From the IMG/VR virus record IMGVR_UViG_3300032893_000022: DNA of 22,887 nucleotides, one strand, 5' to 3'. The notes beneath the pieces are model-generated. The model saw nothing but the letters and a program-made list of their open reading frames with translations. It searched no databases and was not told the DNA's origin. This document shows positions 14,968 through 22,887 of the stretch, in pieces. Each line of letters begins with the position of its first letter. Positions within the stretch are counted from its first letter, which is position 1. The position numbers and the translations under genes were made by a program. The DNA comes from an uncultured virus (IMG/VR IMGVR_UViG_3300032893_000022). Taxonomy: Duplodnaviria > Heunggongvirae > Uroviricota > Caudoviricetes.

Positions 14968-16923
14968 TTACTCCCAGGCTTTATTTGTTTCCAAAATTTC
15001 AGCAGTTTTATCATCTCTCTTTTTCTTTCTAAAAGCTCTTAGTTCTTCTACTTGTTCTTCTGTTAAAGAATTTATCTCTCCAGTTACTCCATTCCAGCTA
15101 AAATCTCCACTCCATAAACTTCCAAAACGATTTTTAACAATAGCAAAAGAAATATATCTATCATCCTCTGCATATTTAGGAGAATAACCTTCTCTCCAAA
15201 GTGTTAAAATCGTTGTACAACTTTGTTCAATAACACTCGATCCTTTAACTCCTTTTAAACTCATTAATGGATCAGATACTTCAGGAGTTGAATGTTTTTG
15301 AGTTTGGAGCAATAATAGTATACATACTTCTAGTTCATTTGCCAAGTCTTTTAAAGTATTAGCAATGAATCCAGTATTTGCAGTTTGATCTCCATAAGGT
15401 CCAGCAATACATTCTAGATAATCTACAATTACAAGCTTTACCTTCTTTCCAATAATTTCTTCTTGTTGTCTTATCATTTCTTTCATATCACTAGCAGTGA
15501 GACCAGCGCGGAAAGTAAAGTTAACATTTGTATAATCTTCCTTCATAATAGAGTTCGCAAGAAGTCTTGCTTCTTCAGGTTGTGTTTTGACAAAATTAAG
15601 AGCTTCTTTAAAATCAAATCCAGTCTTTTGTTGGATAATTTTAGCTGTTACTATAGGTTTTCCCATATCCAAAGAAAAGAAAGCTGAAGGAATTCCCATT
15701 TTAGAACTATACTTAAGATAATTCATTGCCATAGTAGTTTTACCCGCGCCAGGTTGACCAAGTAGCCCATTTAATGTAGAGGTTGCAAGTATTAGTTTTT
15801 CATCAAGTTTTACAATTCCGGTTTTAATAATATTCTTCTCAAAATCTTGTGAAAATTTCACCAAATCATCGAACATTTCGTCGAATTTAACAAAGGGTTT
15901 ATCTTCAATATTTCGATCTTTACAAGAATGTTCTCCTAATTGATTACAATAGTCTTGTAACCACCCAGCTTTTTTACAAGTATATTGACCTCCTTCCCAA
16001 CTATCCGTAAATACTGTATCTTCAATAATATTCTTATAAAGTTCAGATTTATCTGTTGTACCTTGTCCATAAAGATCAATAGAACGTCGTAATGCTCCTT
16101 TACATAAGTCATATGTCATTTCTTTAGTAAATCCTAGACCTCTACACGTTGAAGCTAATACCATCAATGCTGAATGTCTTTCTCCAGTTTTAAAATGACC
16201 TTGAGCTAAAGACCATTTACAATTCTTCCATTGAGAAGGCTTTTTAGATATATCTGTAACATCGTAATTCTTCTTAGGTTGAGTTTTTTCTTCTGGAACC
16301 ACTAACATATCCTCCGGTATTGTTATAGAGCCTTCTAGAGGCTGTAATTCTTTAGGTTCTAGGGCTAATTCTTTTATTTGTTCTATGGATGATTTATTAA
16401 GTATTGAATAAGATATAGGTATTTTGAATAAACCACTCTTTTGATGACGCGTATTAGGAATACGAAGAATTCTAGAAGCATTATAAAGCCCCTTATCCAA
16501 CGTTTTTAAATCTTTTCCTAAAATATTTAATGCTAAGTGCGCGACTTGATTAGGTGTTAAAAGTTTGGAAACTTGAAGTTTTACAGTAAATCCCTTTTGT
16601 CCCGAGAAATATAATTCAATGTTTTTAGGTTGGATATGAAATTGCTCACGAAGTCTTTGGACAAGAGTTAATGCATCTTTACGAGCTAGTTCTAAATCAT
16701 CCTTACTATCAAAATCAAATACCAATTGATCGGTCATTACATCTTTTATACCTGATACACTTTTCTTTGCTTGAAATTGTTTAGCATGATCATCATTGTA
16801 ATAAAAAATACTTGCATAGTGATCCACGTCTGGATTTTTTACAGGAAATTTCGCTGAAGAATTTATTAAAATACCTGGATCGTCTAAGGTTTTTGTGATT
16901 CTGACATATTGAGTCATTTGCAT
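14968..16923 (-). CDS. Primase-helicase fusion (AEP-type primase, PriCT-like helix, DnaB/SF4 helicase)
   Basis: LVFDFDS, YFSGQKG, D..LYNASRILRIPNT, GERHSAL. Walker A GQPGAGKTT, FFSLDM, VIVDYL, IEQ, VKNRFG. Confidence 0.88.
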   Translation of the reverse strand: MQMTQYVRITKTLDDPGILINSSAKFPVKNPDVDHYASIFYYNDDHAKQFQAKKSVSGIKDVMTDQLVFDFDSKDDLELARKDALTLVQRLREQFHIQPKNIELYFSGQKGFTVKLQVSKLLTPNQVAHLALNILGKDLKTLDKGLYNASRILRIPNTRHQKSGLFKIPISYSILNKSSIEQIKELALEPKELQPLEGSITIPEDMLVVPEEKTQPKKNYDVTDISKKPSQWKNCKWSLAQGHFKTGERHSALMVLASTCRGLGFTKEMTYDLCKGALRRSIDLYGQGTTDKSELYKNIIEDTVFTDSWEGGQYTCKKAGWLQDYCNQLGEHSCKDRNIEDKPFVKFDEMFDDLVKFSQDFEKNIIKTGIVKLDEKLILATSTLNGLLGQPGAGKTTMAMNYLKYSSKMGIPSAFFSLDMGKPIVTAKIIQQKTGFDFKEALNFVKTQPEEARLLANSIMKEDYTNVNFTFRAGLTASDMKEMIRQQEEIIGKKVKLVIVDYLECIAGPYGDQTANTGFIANTLKDLANELEVCILLLLQTQKHSTPEVSDPLMSLKGVKGSSVIEQSCTTILTLWREGYSPKYAEDDRYISFAIVKNRFGSLWSGDFSWNGVTGEINSLTEEQVEELRAFRKKKRDDKTAEILETNKAWE

Positions 16924-16936
16924 TCATACTCCTGAT

Positions 16937-16975
16937 AAAAAAGAACCCCAAGTCTCATCCTTGAGGTTAGGGGTC
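16937..16975 (-). terminator. Intrinsic terminator-like hairpin with U-tract
   Basis: GACCCC..CTCA-AGGA-TGAG..GGGGTT followed by CTTTTTT. Confidence 0.6.
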
Positions 16976-16977
16976 TA

Positions 16978-16996
16978 ATAGAACTTCCTGTCCTAT
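16978..16996 (-). promoter_or_regulatory. Second RNA hairpin with GGA-containing loop
   Basis: ATAGGAC-AGGAA-GTTCTAT: 7-bp stem with one G-U pair. Confidence 0.5.
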
Positions 16997-17005
16997 GGTG
17001 AGTAT

Positions 17006-17290
17006 TTATTTTTCTTCTGTAACTACCGCTTCAAACTTAACGTATTCAGGAATCTTTTCAACCCTTTCTTTCAAATACTTAAAAGTATCTGCATCAATTT
17101 TTTCAGCTTTTAAAAGATTTTGAAGATCAGATAATTGTTCAGCTTTGGTTTCCAAATTAATATATTGTCCATCACGAAGAACGTAGCTTCCTGGATTACC
17201 GTCTTTATCTTTAATATAAGCTTTAATTACAAATCGTCCATCTTTTTTCTTGGTTACAGAACCCAATTTAACTCTACGATTTTTAGCCAT
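17006..17290 (-). CDS. Hypothetical protein
   Basis: Likely start ATG 17290 (MAKNRR) after GAGGAG. No family recognised. Confidence 0.65.
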   Translation of the reverse strand: MAKNRRVKLGSVTKKKDGRFVIKAYIKDKDGNPGSYVLRDGQYINLETKAEQLSDLQNLLKAEKIDADTFKYLKERVEKIPEYVKFEAVVTEEK

Positions 17291-17711
17291 TTTCTTTTTT
17301 CTCCTCTTTAACATCTTTCTTTAATTTATCTAAAGTTTCTTTAGCCATTTGTTCGTTAATAATATACTTATACATCAAATATTTAACTTCTAGTAATTGA
17401 TTTCCAATAAAAAATGCATCTTCTTCTTTTTTATCTTTCCATTTTAACTTTCCAGTTTCCAATGGATAAGCCATAAGAGTTTTAATGACTCTCGCGGCAG
17501 CTTTCTTAGGAAGTCCATCTATAAGATTATGAAAATACATTGTATACATTTTAAAGAACTTAGCATTAAATTCCATTTGTTGATCTTGAGGAAGATTTTC
17601 AGCTTTAAGTTCTTCAGGTTTTTCTTCAGCTAACTTTCCAGTTTCTTCTGCAAATTCAGCCGCAACCTCAGAAAAAGCCTTTTGAATTTCTTCTGTTTTA
17701 TTTTCTTCCAT
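17283..17711 (-). CDS. Hypothetical protein
   Basis: 142-aa ORF in tight operon context. Confidence 0.7.
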   Translation of the reverse strand: MEENKTEEIQKAFSEVAAEFAEETGKLAEEKPEELKAENLPQDQQMEFNAKFFKMYTMYFHNLIDGLPKKAAARVIKTLMAYPLETGKLKWKDKKEEDAFFIGNQLLEVKYLMYKYIINEQMAKETLDKLKKDVKEEKKENG

Positions 17712-17714
17712 TTA

Positions 17715-18278
17715 TTATTCCCAGCCATCTACCGTTGCAGTTGTTCCATTAACCTTCGCGGAACCATTAGCTTTAGCTGCTACAGGAAGTGTAGGTTCGG
17801 CTGGTACTTCAGCTTTTTTGGCTTCTTTAGCAAAGCTTGCGGCTTTGCGACCCGTTGGAACAGGAGCATCTTTAGGAGTTGTACTTCTATTTGTCGCAGC
17901 TTCGCCATCGTCGTCTTTGGCACCCATATTTACAAAGGATTGAAGTCCATAACGTCTAGCATAAGAAATTCCAGAACCTTCAGCTTGGGGATCGTTTAAT
18001 TTTCCTACCTTAATTTCTGTAAGGCTACTTAGAAACTCACCAGATTCATGCATAAGAGTTGTTTCTACATAATTTTTACCATCAACTACGACTGTAGGTT
18101 GTAGAGCAACAATTCCATTACGATTTAGAGGAGGAAGAACTGCTTCACGAATCGCATTAAGATCTGCATAAGAGCTTTTAAAAAAAGGATTAGAAGATCC
18201 TTTTGTTGCATTCCCCATTTCAGATTGTGCTTTTACAAGCGCCGCGGCTAGTTTTGTAATTGTTTCACTTCTAGTCAT
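17715..18278 (-). CDS. erf: ERF-family single-strand annealing protein
   Basis: NPFFKSSYADL, TTLMHESGE, DPQAEGSGISYARRYGL...DDDG. AAGGAG RBS. Confidence 0.93.
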   Translation of the reverse strand: MTRSETITKLAAALVKAQSEMGNATKGSSNPFFKSSYADLNAIREAVLPPLNRNGIVALQPTVVVDGKNYVETTLMHESGEFLSSLTEIKVGKLNDPQAEGSGISYARRYGLQSFVNMGAKDDDGEAATNRSTTPKDAPVPTGRKAASFAKEAKKAEVPAEPTLPVAAKANGSAKVNGTTATVDGWE

Positions 18279-18288
18279 TTTTATCTCC

Positions 18289-18570
18289 TTACCATTTATT
18301 CCCAGAATTATTAAAAATATCTAAACCATCAAGTTCAGCAGGATTTACAGCATCAATTTTAAAACGTTCTTTAATATAAGCTAAACCTTCACCAGTGCGT
18401 CTTTTTTCAGGAGTTCCTACATCTCCAGTTACAGGATTATACTTAATAACTACCAAAGACCATCCTTCACCTGGAATATGACACATACTAATGGCATTAT
18501 GTGTTAATTGAACTTCATCAACGGTATTTCCGATATTATCTTCTAATAATGCTTCTTTCATTTTTCCCAT
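18289..18570 (-). CDS. Hypothetical protein
   Basis: 93-aa ORF in operon context. Confidence 0.6.
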   Translation of the reverse strand: MGKMKEALLEDNIGNTVDEVQLTHNAISMCHIPGEGWSLVVIKYNPVTGDVGTPEKRRTGEGLAYIKERFKIDAVNPAELDGLDIFNNSGNKW

Positions 18571-18571
18571 A

Positions 18572-18787
18572 TTATCTTTCCTCTTTTAGTGTACAACTAT
18601 AGATATATTGTTTCTTTAAGACGCGTTTTGGATTGCCTGGATCTGTAAAATATTGATCCTCAGTATCTTCTAAAAATTTCTTTAAAAAAGCTCTACGAGC
18701 ATTTTCACTTTCAGCTTTAATTTCAATTACAATTTTATCAGAAGTTTTTAACATCTCTAATTCATGTACATATACTTTTTCGCTCAT
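18572..18787 (-). CDS. Hypothetical protein
   Basis: 71 aa, GAGG RBS, directly downstream of a predicted promoter. Confidence 0.65.
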   Translation of the reverse strand: MSEKVYVHELEMLKTSDKIVIEIKAESENARRAFLKKFLEDTEDQYFTDPGNPKRVLKKQYIYSCTLKEER

Positions 18788-18805
18788 TTTTACCTCTTGT
18801 TACAT

Positions 18806-18834
18806 ATAATAACAAAATTCTTCTGGAAATGCAA
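18806..18834 (-). promoter_or_regulatory. Sigma70-type promoter with extended -10
   Basis: TTGCAT (18834-18829), 17-nt spacer TTCCAGAAGAATTTTGT, TATTAT (18811-18806). Intergenic. Confidence 0.6.
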
Positions 18835-18836
18835 GT

Positions 18837-19556
18837 TTATTTGTTCAATTCCCAGCATCTTTTTAGTAATAAAGAATTCATATATTTGGCAGCCGAAATA
18901 GATGTTCCAGTTAACTTTCCAACTTGATTTTTAGGTAATAAAACAGGTACATCGACTCCCATTTCCGATCTTGCGTTTGGATGTGTGAGATAATTACTTC
19001 TATAATCTAATTTTTCGTTTTTATCTATATTTTGAACAACAAATAAATTGGGAAACAAATAACACGCGGGAAAGGCTCCTTTACATTCGCCAGTTTGTGT
19101 TAAATTTTTAGATTGATTACCAGCGGCTACCGTAATTATTACACCTTTATCTGTTAAACTCTTTATAAGCTCTTTTTCTTTTTCATTTGACTCTTCACCA
19201 GTAGAAGAATAATTAATATAGTTAATATTTTCATTTAAAGCGCGTCTAAAACAGTTATTTGAGGGTTCAATATAATTTCGATCCCAAGGAAAATAATATC
19301 TACAACTAACTAGTTCAATTTGATTACAAGTTTCTTTTAAAATAAGACCAGCGATGGCTGTTCCATGGCCATTATCATCTAAATAATTAAGATCCCAAGG
19401 TTCTTTTACGTGTGATTTAATTTCTTTATGAGAAGTATCGACACCTGTATCTATAACTAAGACTTTAATTCGTTCTTGAGCATCAGATACCATACTAATC
19501 CATAGACAAACAAGAATAGCAGTAATTATAAGAAATATTTCGTTAATTTTATTCAT
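18837..19556 (-). CDS. Subtilisin-like (S8) serine protease with N-terminal signal/TM segment
   Basis: Catalytic motifs VLVIDTGVD, DDNGHGTAIAG, VAAGN, LTGTSISAA. Hydrophobic N-terminus. Confidence 0.9.
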   Translation of the reverse strand: MNKINEIFLIITAILVCLWISMVSDAQERIKVLVIDTGVDTSHKEIKSHVKEPWDLNYLDDNGHGTAIAGLILKETCNQIELVSCRYYFPWDRNYIEPSNNCFRRALNENINYINYSSTGEESNEKEKELIKSLTDKGVIITVAAGNQSKNLTQTGECKGAFPACYLFPNLFVVQNIDKNEKLDYRSNYLTHPNARSEMGVDVPVLLPKNQVGKLTGTSISAAKYMNSLLLKRCWELNK

Positions 19557-19559
19557 TGT

Positions 19560-20078
19560 CTATAATTTACCACAATCTTTTAGAAAATGATATGTATTTT
19601 TAATCCAAGAGAAAAAATCTCCTTGTGGATCTATATGTTTAAAATAATTACAGCGTTTACAAGAAGTTACACAATTTTCTAATGTATATCCTTTATTATT
19701 ATCTATTCTATCAATTCCATTATAGATACATTTACTTTTTTGACATTTATTTGCGTCTGAATACATGGTTTGTTTGGGAATTGAATTACAATAATAACAA
19801 TTTTTAGAAATAAAATTTTCAAATTGTTCAACAGATAAATTCCATTCTAAATTTCTTTTTTTAGCTCCATGTTTATACTTAGAATATAAAGTATTAAATC
19901 CAGCCATTTTAGAATTTTTTGTTCGACATCCACAAGTTTTAATATTTCCAGTTAATATATCATATTTTTTAGCTTTTTTCTCTTTTCCACAACGACATTT
20001 TAAAAGATAAAAATATCCTTCCATTTTTTCTAGAACAGTTAAATAGTTATATTCTTTTCCAATTTCTAATTCAATCAT
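19560..20078 (-). CDS. HNH-type (homing) endonuclease-like protein
   Basis: IGKEYNYLTV...KCRCG...TCGC, then CYYC...GIDRIDNNKGYTLENCVTSCKRCN. Confidence 0.78.
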   Translation of the reverse strand: MIELEIGKEYNYLTVLEKMEGYFYLLKCRCGKEKKAKKYDILTGNIKTCGCRTKNSKMAGFNTLYSKYKHGAKKRNLEWNLSVEQFENFISKNCYYCNSIPKQTMYSDANKCQKSKCIYNGIDRIDNNKGYTLENCVTSCKRCNYFKHIDPQGDFFSWIKNTYHFLKDCGKL

Positions 20079-20499
20079 TTTTTATAATTAAAATCTTGTT
20101 AAAACCTTCTTCAATCTGAGGTATCTCGAAAGTCTTTGTAAAATTATATACAATTTCTTGATTTTTTTCAAGAGAAAAGTTTTCTTTAATGGTTGGATGA
20201 TTTTTTCGTTCTGATATCCGTTTGACGCACACTTCAGGATTTACTGCCAAATATACAGCGTTGATATCTTTGATTCCAAATCTTTGGGCTTCACGTATCC
20301 ATATAGACCTCTGAAGACGATTTATGTTGCATCTGTCTACTATAATATTTTGACCTTCTCTGGCCGCTTTTCTAAAAGCTTCTAAACATTTTAAACGATC
20401 GCCCATTTTGTCTTGGTTGACTACCATATAATTATTATACTTAGCTGCAAAAGTAGATTTTCCACTTCCGGGCATTCCAACCATTATGATGAGCTTCAT
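20071..20499 (-). CDS. P-loop kinase, polynucleotide-kinase-like (AAA_33)
   Basis: IIMVGMPGSGKST, VNQD, IIVDRCN...QR, RISERKNHPT. Confidence 0.8.
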   Translation of the reverse strand: MKLIIMVGMPGSGKSTFAAKYNNYMVVNQDKMGDRLKCLEAFRKAAREGQNIIVDRCNINRLQRSIWIREAQRFGIKDINAVYLAVNPEVCVKRISERKNHPTIKENFSLEKNQEIVYNFTKTFEIPQIEEGFNKILIIKND

Positions 20500-20699
20500 T
20501 TTTCTTCCAATTCATTCATAATATCTTTAAGAGCCGCACGATATCCTTGAGCATAATCACCCGTTGCACCTCTTGTTGGATCTTTGACAATATATTGAAG
20601 GAGTTTCTCTACTTTATCTTGAGCAATAGTCGCGGCCACTAATCTATCAGTATTATCTTCAAAATAAGTAAAATCAGAAGGTTTAAAGATCTTTTTCAT
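20496..20699 (-). CDS. Hypothetical protein
   Basis: 67 aa, AAGGAG upstream, ATGA coupling downstream. Confidence 0.6.
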   Translation of the reverse strand: MKKIFKPSDFTYFEDNTDRLVAATIAQDKVEKLLQYIVKDPTRGATGDYAQGYRAALKDIMNELEEK

Positions 20700-21681
20700 T
20701 CTTTTTCTCCTTTTTTGGAAGTTTTATGAACTCAGGATTTCCTTCATAATAATTATAATATGAACATCGTTGATAATACTTATTAAGTTCTTTTCTATGC
20801 TCGGTTGCAAATTCTTTATTAATAATTTTATTATTTACATCATCAAATGTTTCTATAACACGTTTTTCATCTGATTCATCTACTTGGTTTAATATAATAT
20901 CAATATCAACACTAGGATTAATAGTAACATCAAATTCTCCATTACATCTATTATAAATAGGGCCTTTTTCAGTTAAATCGGGTATATTTTCATTGCAAGT
21001 TTTATGATTTGTTTCACATATCATACCACATTTTTTACATTTTTTCACTTTATTTTTATTAATTTTCTTGGACATTACAATATATCCAACACCATCAAGT
21101 TTATATTTATCCTTTACAATATAATAGGACAAAGGTAATTGTTGTCCCATTTTTGCACTATCAGGAGCATATTTTACACTGGATGATTTATTATCTAATA
21201 AATATGTCTTTCCATCTTCCCATTTAACAATTAAATCCAATATTCCTGTTATTTCATCACCATCGGCATTTTTAAGACTCATTCTTTCTTGGACAGCTAT
21301 GACTTTCTTTATTCGAGGAAGGATATCTTTATAATATTGTTCAAGAAATAAATTTCCTTTATAGAAAAGAGAAAGCCAAGATGCGCTATGTAAATTAGAC
21401 CATTCTACACTAAAATATTCTATTAATTCTTGATCTAAATCACTTTTAGAAAAATCAGTCATTTCATCATTTACCTTACTCCATTGTTTATGAAAAATAT
21501 TTGTTGCTTCCGCAAGATCTTTTGTTAAAAGAAGATGATTAAGTCCCGAATCGAGTGCGGAACCAAAAAGTAACGCGGATTTTTGTCTCACAGGACGTAT
21601 ACCATCTAAATAATGTAATTTATAACATAATGAACATTCTAGATATTTTTCGACCGCGGTGTGACTAAGTTTATTGGACAT
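20683..21681 (-). CDS. PD-(D/E)XK nuclease (RecB/Cas4-like phage exonuclease) with Cys-rich insert
   Basis: LSHTAVEKYLECSLCY...ALLFGS, ITGILDL...LLDNKS, QL motif. Insert CKKCG...C...C. Confidence 0.85.
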   Translation of the reverse strand: MSNKLSHTAVEKYLECSLCYKLHYLDGIRPVRQKSALLFGSALDSGLNHLLLTKDLAEATNIFHKQWSKVNDEMTDFSKSDLDQELIEYFSVEWSNLHSASWLSLFYKGNLFLEQYYKDILPRIKKVIAVQERMSLKNADGDEITGILDLIVKWEDGKTYLLDNKSSSVKYAPDSAKMGQQLPLSYYIVKDKYKLDGVGYIVMSKKINKNKVKKCKKCGMICETNHKTCNENIPDLTEKGPIYNRCNGEFDVTINPSVDIDIILNQVDESDEKRVIETFDDVNNKIINKEFATEHRKELNKYYQRCSYYNYYEGNPEFIKLPKKEKKNEKDL

Positions 21682-21973
21682 TTAATAATCTTCTTATAAT
21701 TTTAAAAACAAATTCATTTGTAAATTGATCATCGCTATGTTCTCTTTTACACCTAACCCAAAAAGGTTCTTCCATAGCATTTTTATCTTTAACTTCTAAA
21801 GTTAAAACACTAGTATAACCTATAATTCTACTTTTAGTTTCATCGCTTCTTTTAATATAATCATATTGAGGCCAAAAAGATTCTACTAATCTAAGATCTT
21901 CCCATTCTTTAAGAATTCTGGGAGATGGTTTTGCGGGTTCTTTATATTCTTCTTTTTTCTTTCGTTTAAACAT
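21671..21973 (-). CDS. Hypothetical protein
   Basis: 100-aa ORF with overlapping start/stop. Confidence 0.6.
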   Translation of the reverse strand: MFKRKKKEEYKEPAKPSPRILKEWEDLRLVESFWPQYDYIKRSDETKSRIIGYTSVLTLEVKDKNAMEEPFWVRCKREHSDDQFTNEFVFKIIRRLLNVQ

Positions 21974-22190
21974 TTAATTTACTCCCGATCCATTTTCCAA
22001 ATTTATAAGAAAAATTTAATATTGGAGCTAATAATGATACAATAAAAGAAATCATCAAGAAAGAGAGAATTAGAGGCCAAATTATAGCTAATGACTCTTC
22101 AAAATCCCAAATTTCAAACACTCCATAAAAAATAGCAATACTTATTATATAACTTATAATTATTAATAAAATAATCAAAATAATTTCCAT
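21966..22190 (-). CDS. Small membrane protein
   Basis: Two long hydrophobic segments. Confidence 0.6.
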   Translation of the reverse strand: MEIILIILLIIISYIISIAIFYGVFEIWDFEESLAIIWPLILSFLMISFIVSLLAPILNFSYKFGKWIGSKLNV

Positions 22191-22510
22191 CCTAAGTTCA
22201 TTTGTACCGTATTATCAAAGTAATATCCAGCACCTAAAACGACACCATCATATTGAGGAGAAACTTCAAATCCAATACCAGGTGTAATTTGGTATCTATT
22301 ATCCACATTTAAAGTGTCTACAGAACTAGAACTACTAGTAGATGTAGTAGTTTTCTTAGTTTTTATACTACTAGATTGTGAACTACTTTGACTTACACCA
22401 GATTCACTATATCCGTTTACACCATATTTCCAAAGAGTATTGATTGTTAAACCGGCATTAGCGATACTTGTCAAGAAAAGGATCAAAATCGTAATCATAA
22501 TCACTTTCAT
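22175..22510 (-). CDS. Exported Ser/Thr-rich protein with amphipathic beta-strands and C-terminal Phe (outer-membrane-protein-like)
   Basis: GGAGG (22524-22520) 9 nt before ATG 22510. Signal peptide MKVIMITILILFLTSIANA, Ser/Thr tract, ends ...VQMNLGWKLF. Confidence 0.6.
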   Translation of the reverse strand: MKVIMITILILFLTSIANAGLTINTLWKYGVNGYSESGVSQSSSQSSSIKTKKTTTSTSSSSSVDTLNVDNRYQITPGIGFEVSPQYDGVVLGAGYYFDNTVQMNLGWKLF

Positions 22511-22631
22511 TATCATAATCCTCCATTGTCTCAGTATACACAAGATCTTCTAAAAAGTCAACTCTATGTTGAAGTTTAGAATTCTTAAGTTTTAGAACTT
22601 CAATTTCATTAAGTGCTTCTTCCAGAGTCAT
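22458..22631 (-). CDS. Hypothetical coiled-coil protein
   Basis: Likely start ATG 22631 (MTLEEALNEIEVLK). Confidence 0.5.
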   Translation of the reverse strand: MTLEEALNEIEVLKLKNSKLQHRVDFLEDLVYTETMEDYDNESDYDYDFDPFLDKYR

Positions 22632-22848
22632 TATCTTTTTTCCTTTCAATTAAAATATAATCTTCATTCTTGATCAACCAACTTACCGTTTGGAATAATA
22701 TAATTCCCAAAAGTATTATTGGCCCTAAAATTGCTAAAAACGATGATTTAACCAAATCACCAATGGTTATTTGATCATCACTAAAATAATATATACATAA
22801 ACTTAAAAAGAAACCTATTAAATACCAAACGGTTAATATCATTTTCAA
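22609..22848 (-). CDS. Small two-TM membrane protein
   Basis: GGAGGG RBS before TTG start, two hydrophobic segments. Confidence 0.6.
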   Translation of the reverse strand: MKMILTVWYLIGFFLSLCIYYFSDDQITIGDLVKSSFLAILGPIILLGIILFQTVSWLIKNEDYILIERKKDNDSGRST

Positions 22849-22887
22849 AAAACCCTCCTCAAATTGATTAAGTTTAATCTTCGGGAT

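Noticed and set aside
3319..17999. Plus-strand ORFs in the track (3319-3660, 4853-5092, 6362-6547, 7430-7747, 8426-8650, 13003-13437, 15463-15687, 17682-17999)
   Set aside because: All are antisense shadows of well-supported minus-strand genes, with no recognisable motifs.
20683..21681. CRISPR-associated Cas4 or CRISPR locus
   Set aside because: No repeat-spacer array or other cas genes were seen. The context is phage recombination.
22447..22475. TTGACA near 22470 (and near 4765) on the minus strand as promoters
   Set aside because: No acceptable -10 hexamer at 16-18 nt spacing.
1..22887. tRNA/rRNA genes, IS elements, integrase, or a specific host assignment
   Set aside because: No non-coding space or motifs for these were seen. 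Heptose and OMP-like genes suggest a Gram-negative host, but nothing more specific can be supported.

Overview
AT-rich (about 30% GC by eye), densely coding fragment of a dsDNA bacteriophage replication/metabolism region. Every credible gene is on the minus strand, and many are linked by ATGA/GTGA/TGATG overlaps. In transcription order (high to low coordinates) it encodes: small membrane/secreted proteins, a PD-(D/E)XK nuclease, a PNK-like P-loop kinase, an HNH-type nuclease, a signal-peptide subtilase, an ERF recombinase, an AEP primase-SF4 helicase fusion, and a family B DNA polymerase split into two genes with an unannotated 33-aa four-Cys mini-gene between them. Next comes a sugar-modification cluster: GT9 heptosyltransferase-like, SAM methyltransferase, GT-A glycosyltransferase, sugar-phosphate nucleotidyltransferase, HldE-type heptose-7-P kinase and GmhA. 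This is followed by an RNA ligase (DRB0094/Rnl5-like), an HExxH metallopeptidase, an RNase H-fold exonuclease, a dATP/dGTP diphosphohydrolase-domain protein, dUTPase, two more His-Me nucleases, a 2-TM protein and a truncated trypsin-like protease. The best candidate for an undescribed system is the phage-encoded NDP-heptose synthesis, transfer and methylation cassette beside the polymerase. The split PolB and a GGA-loop hairpin leader before the primase-helicase are also notable. All assignments come from recognising motifs by eye; no database searches were run.
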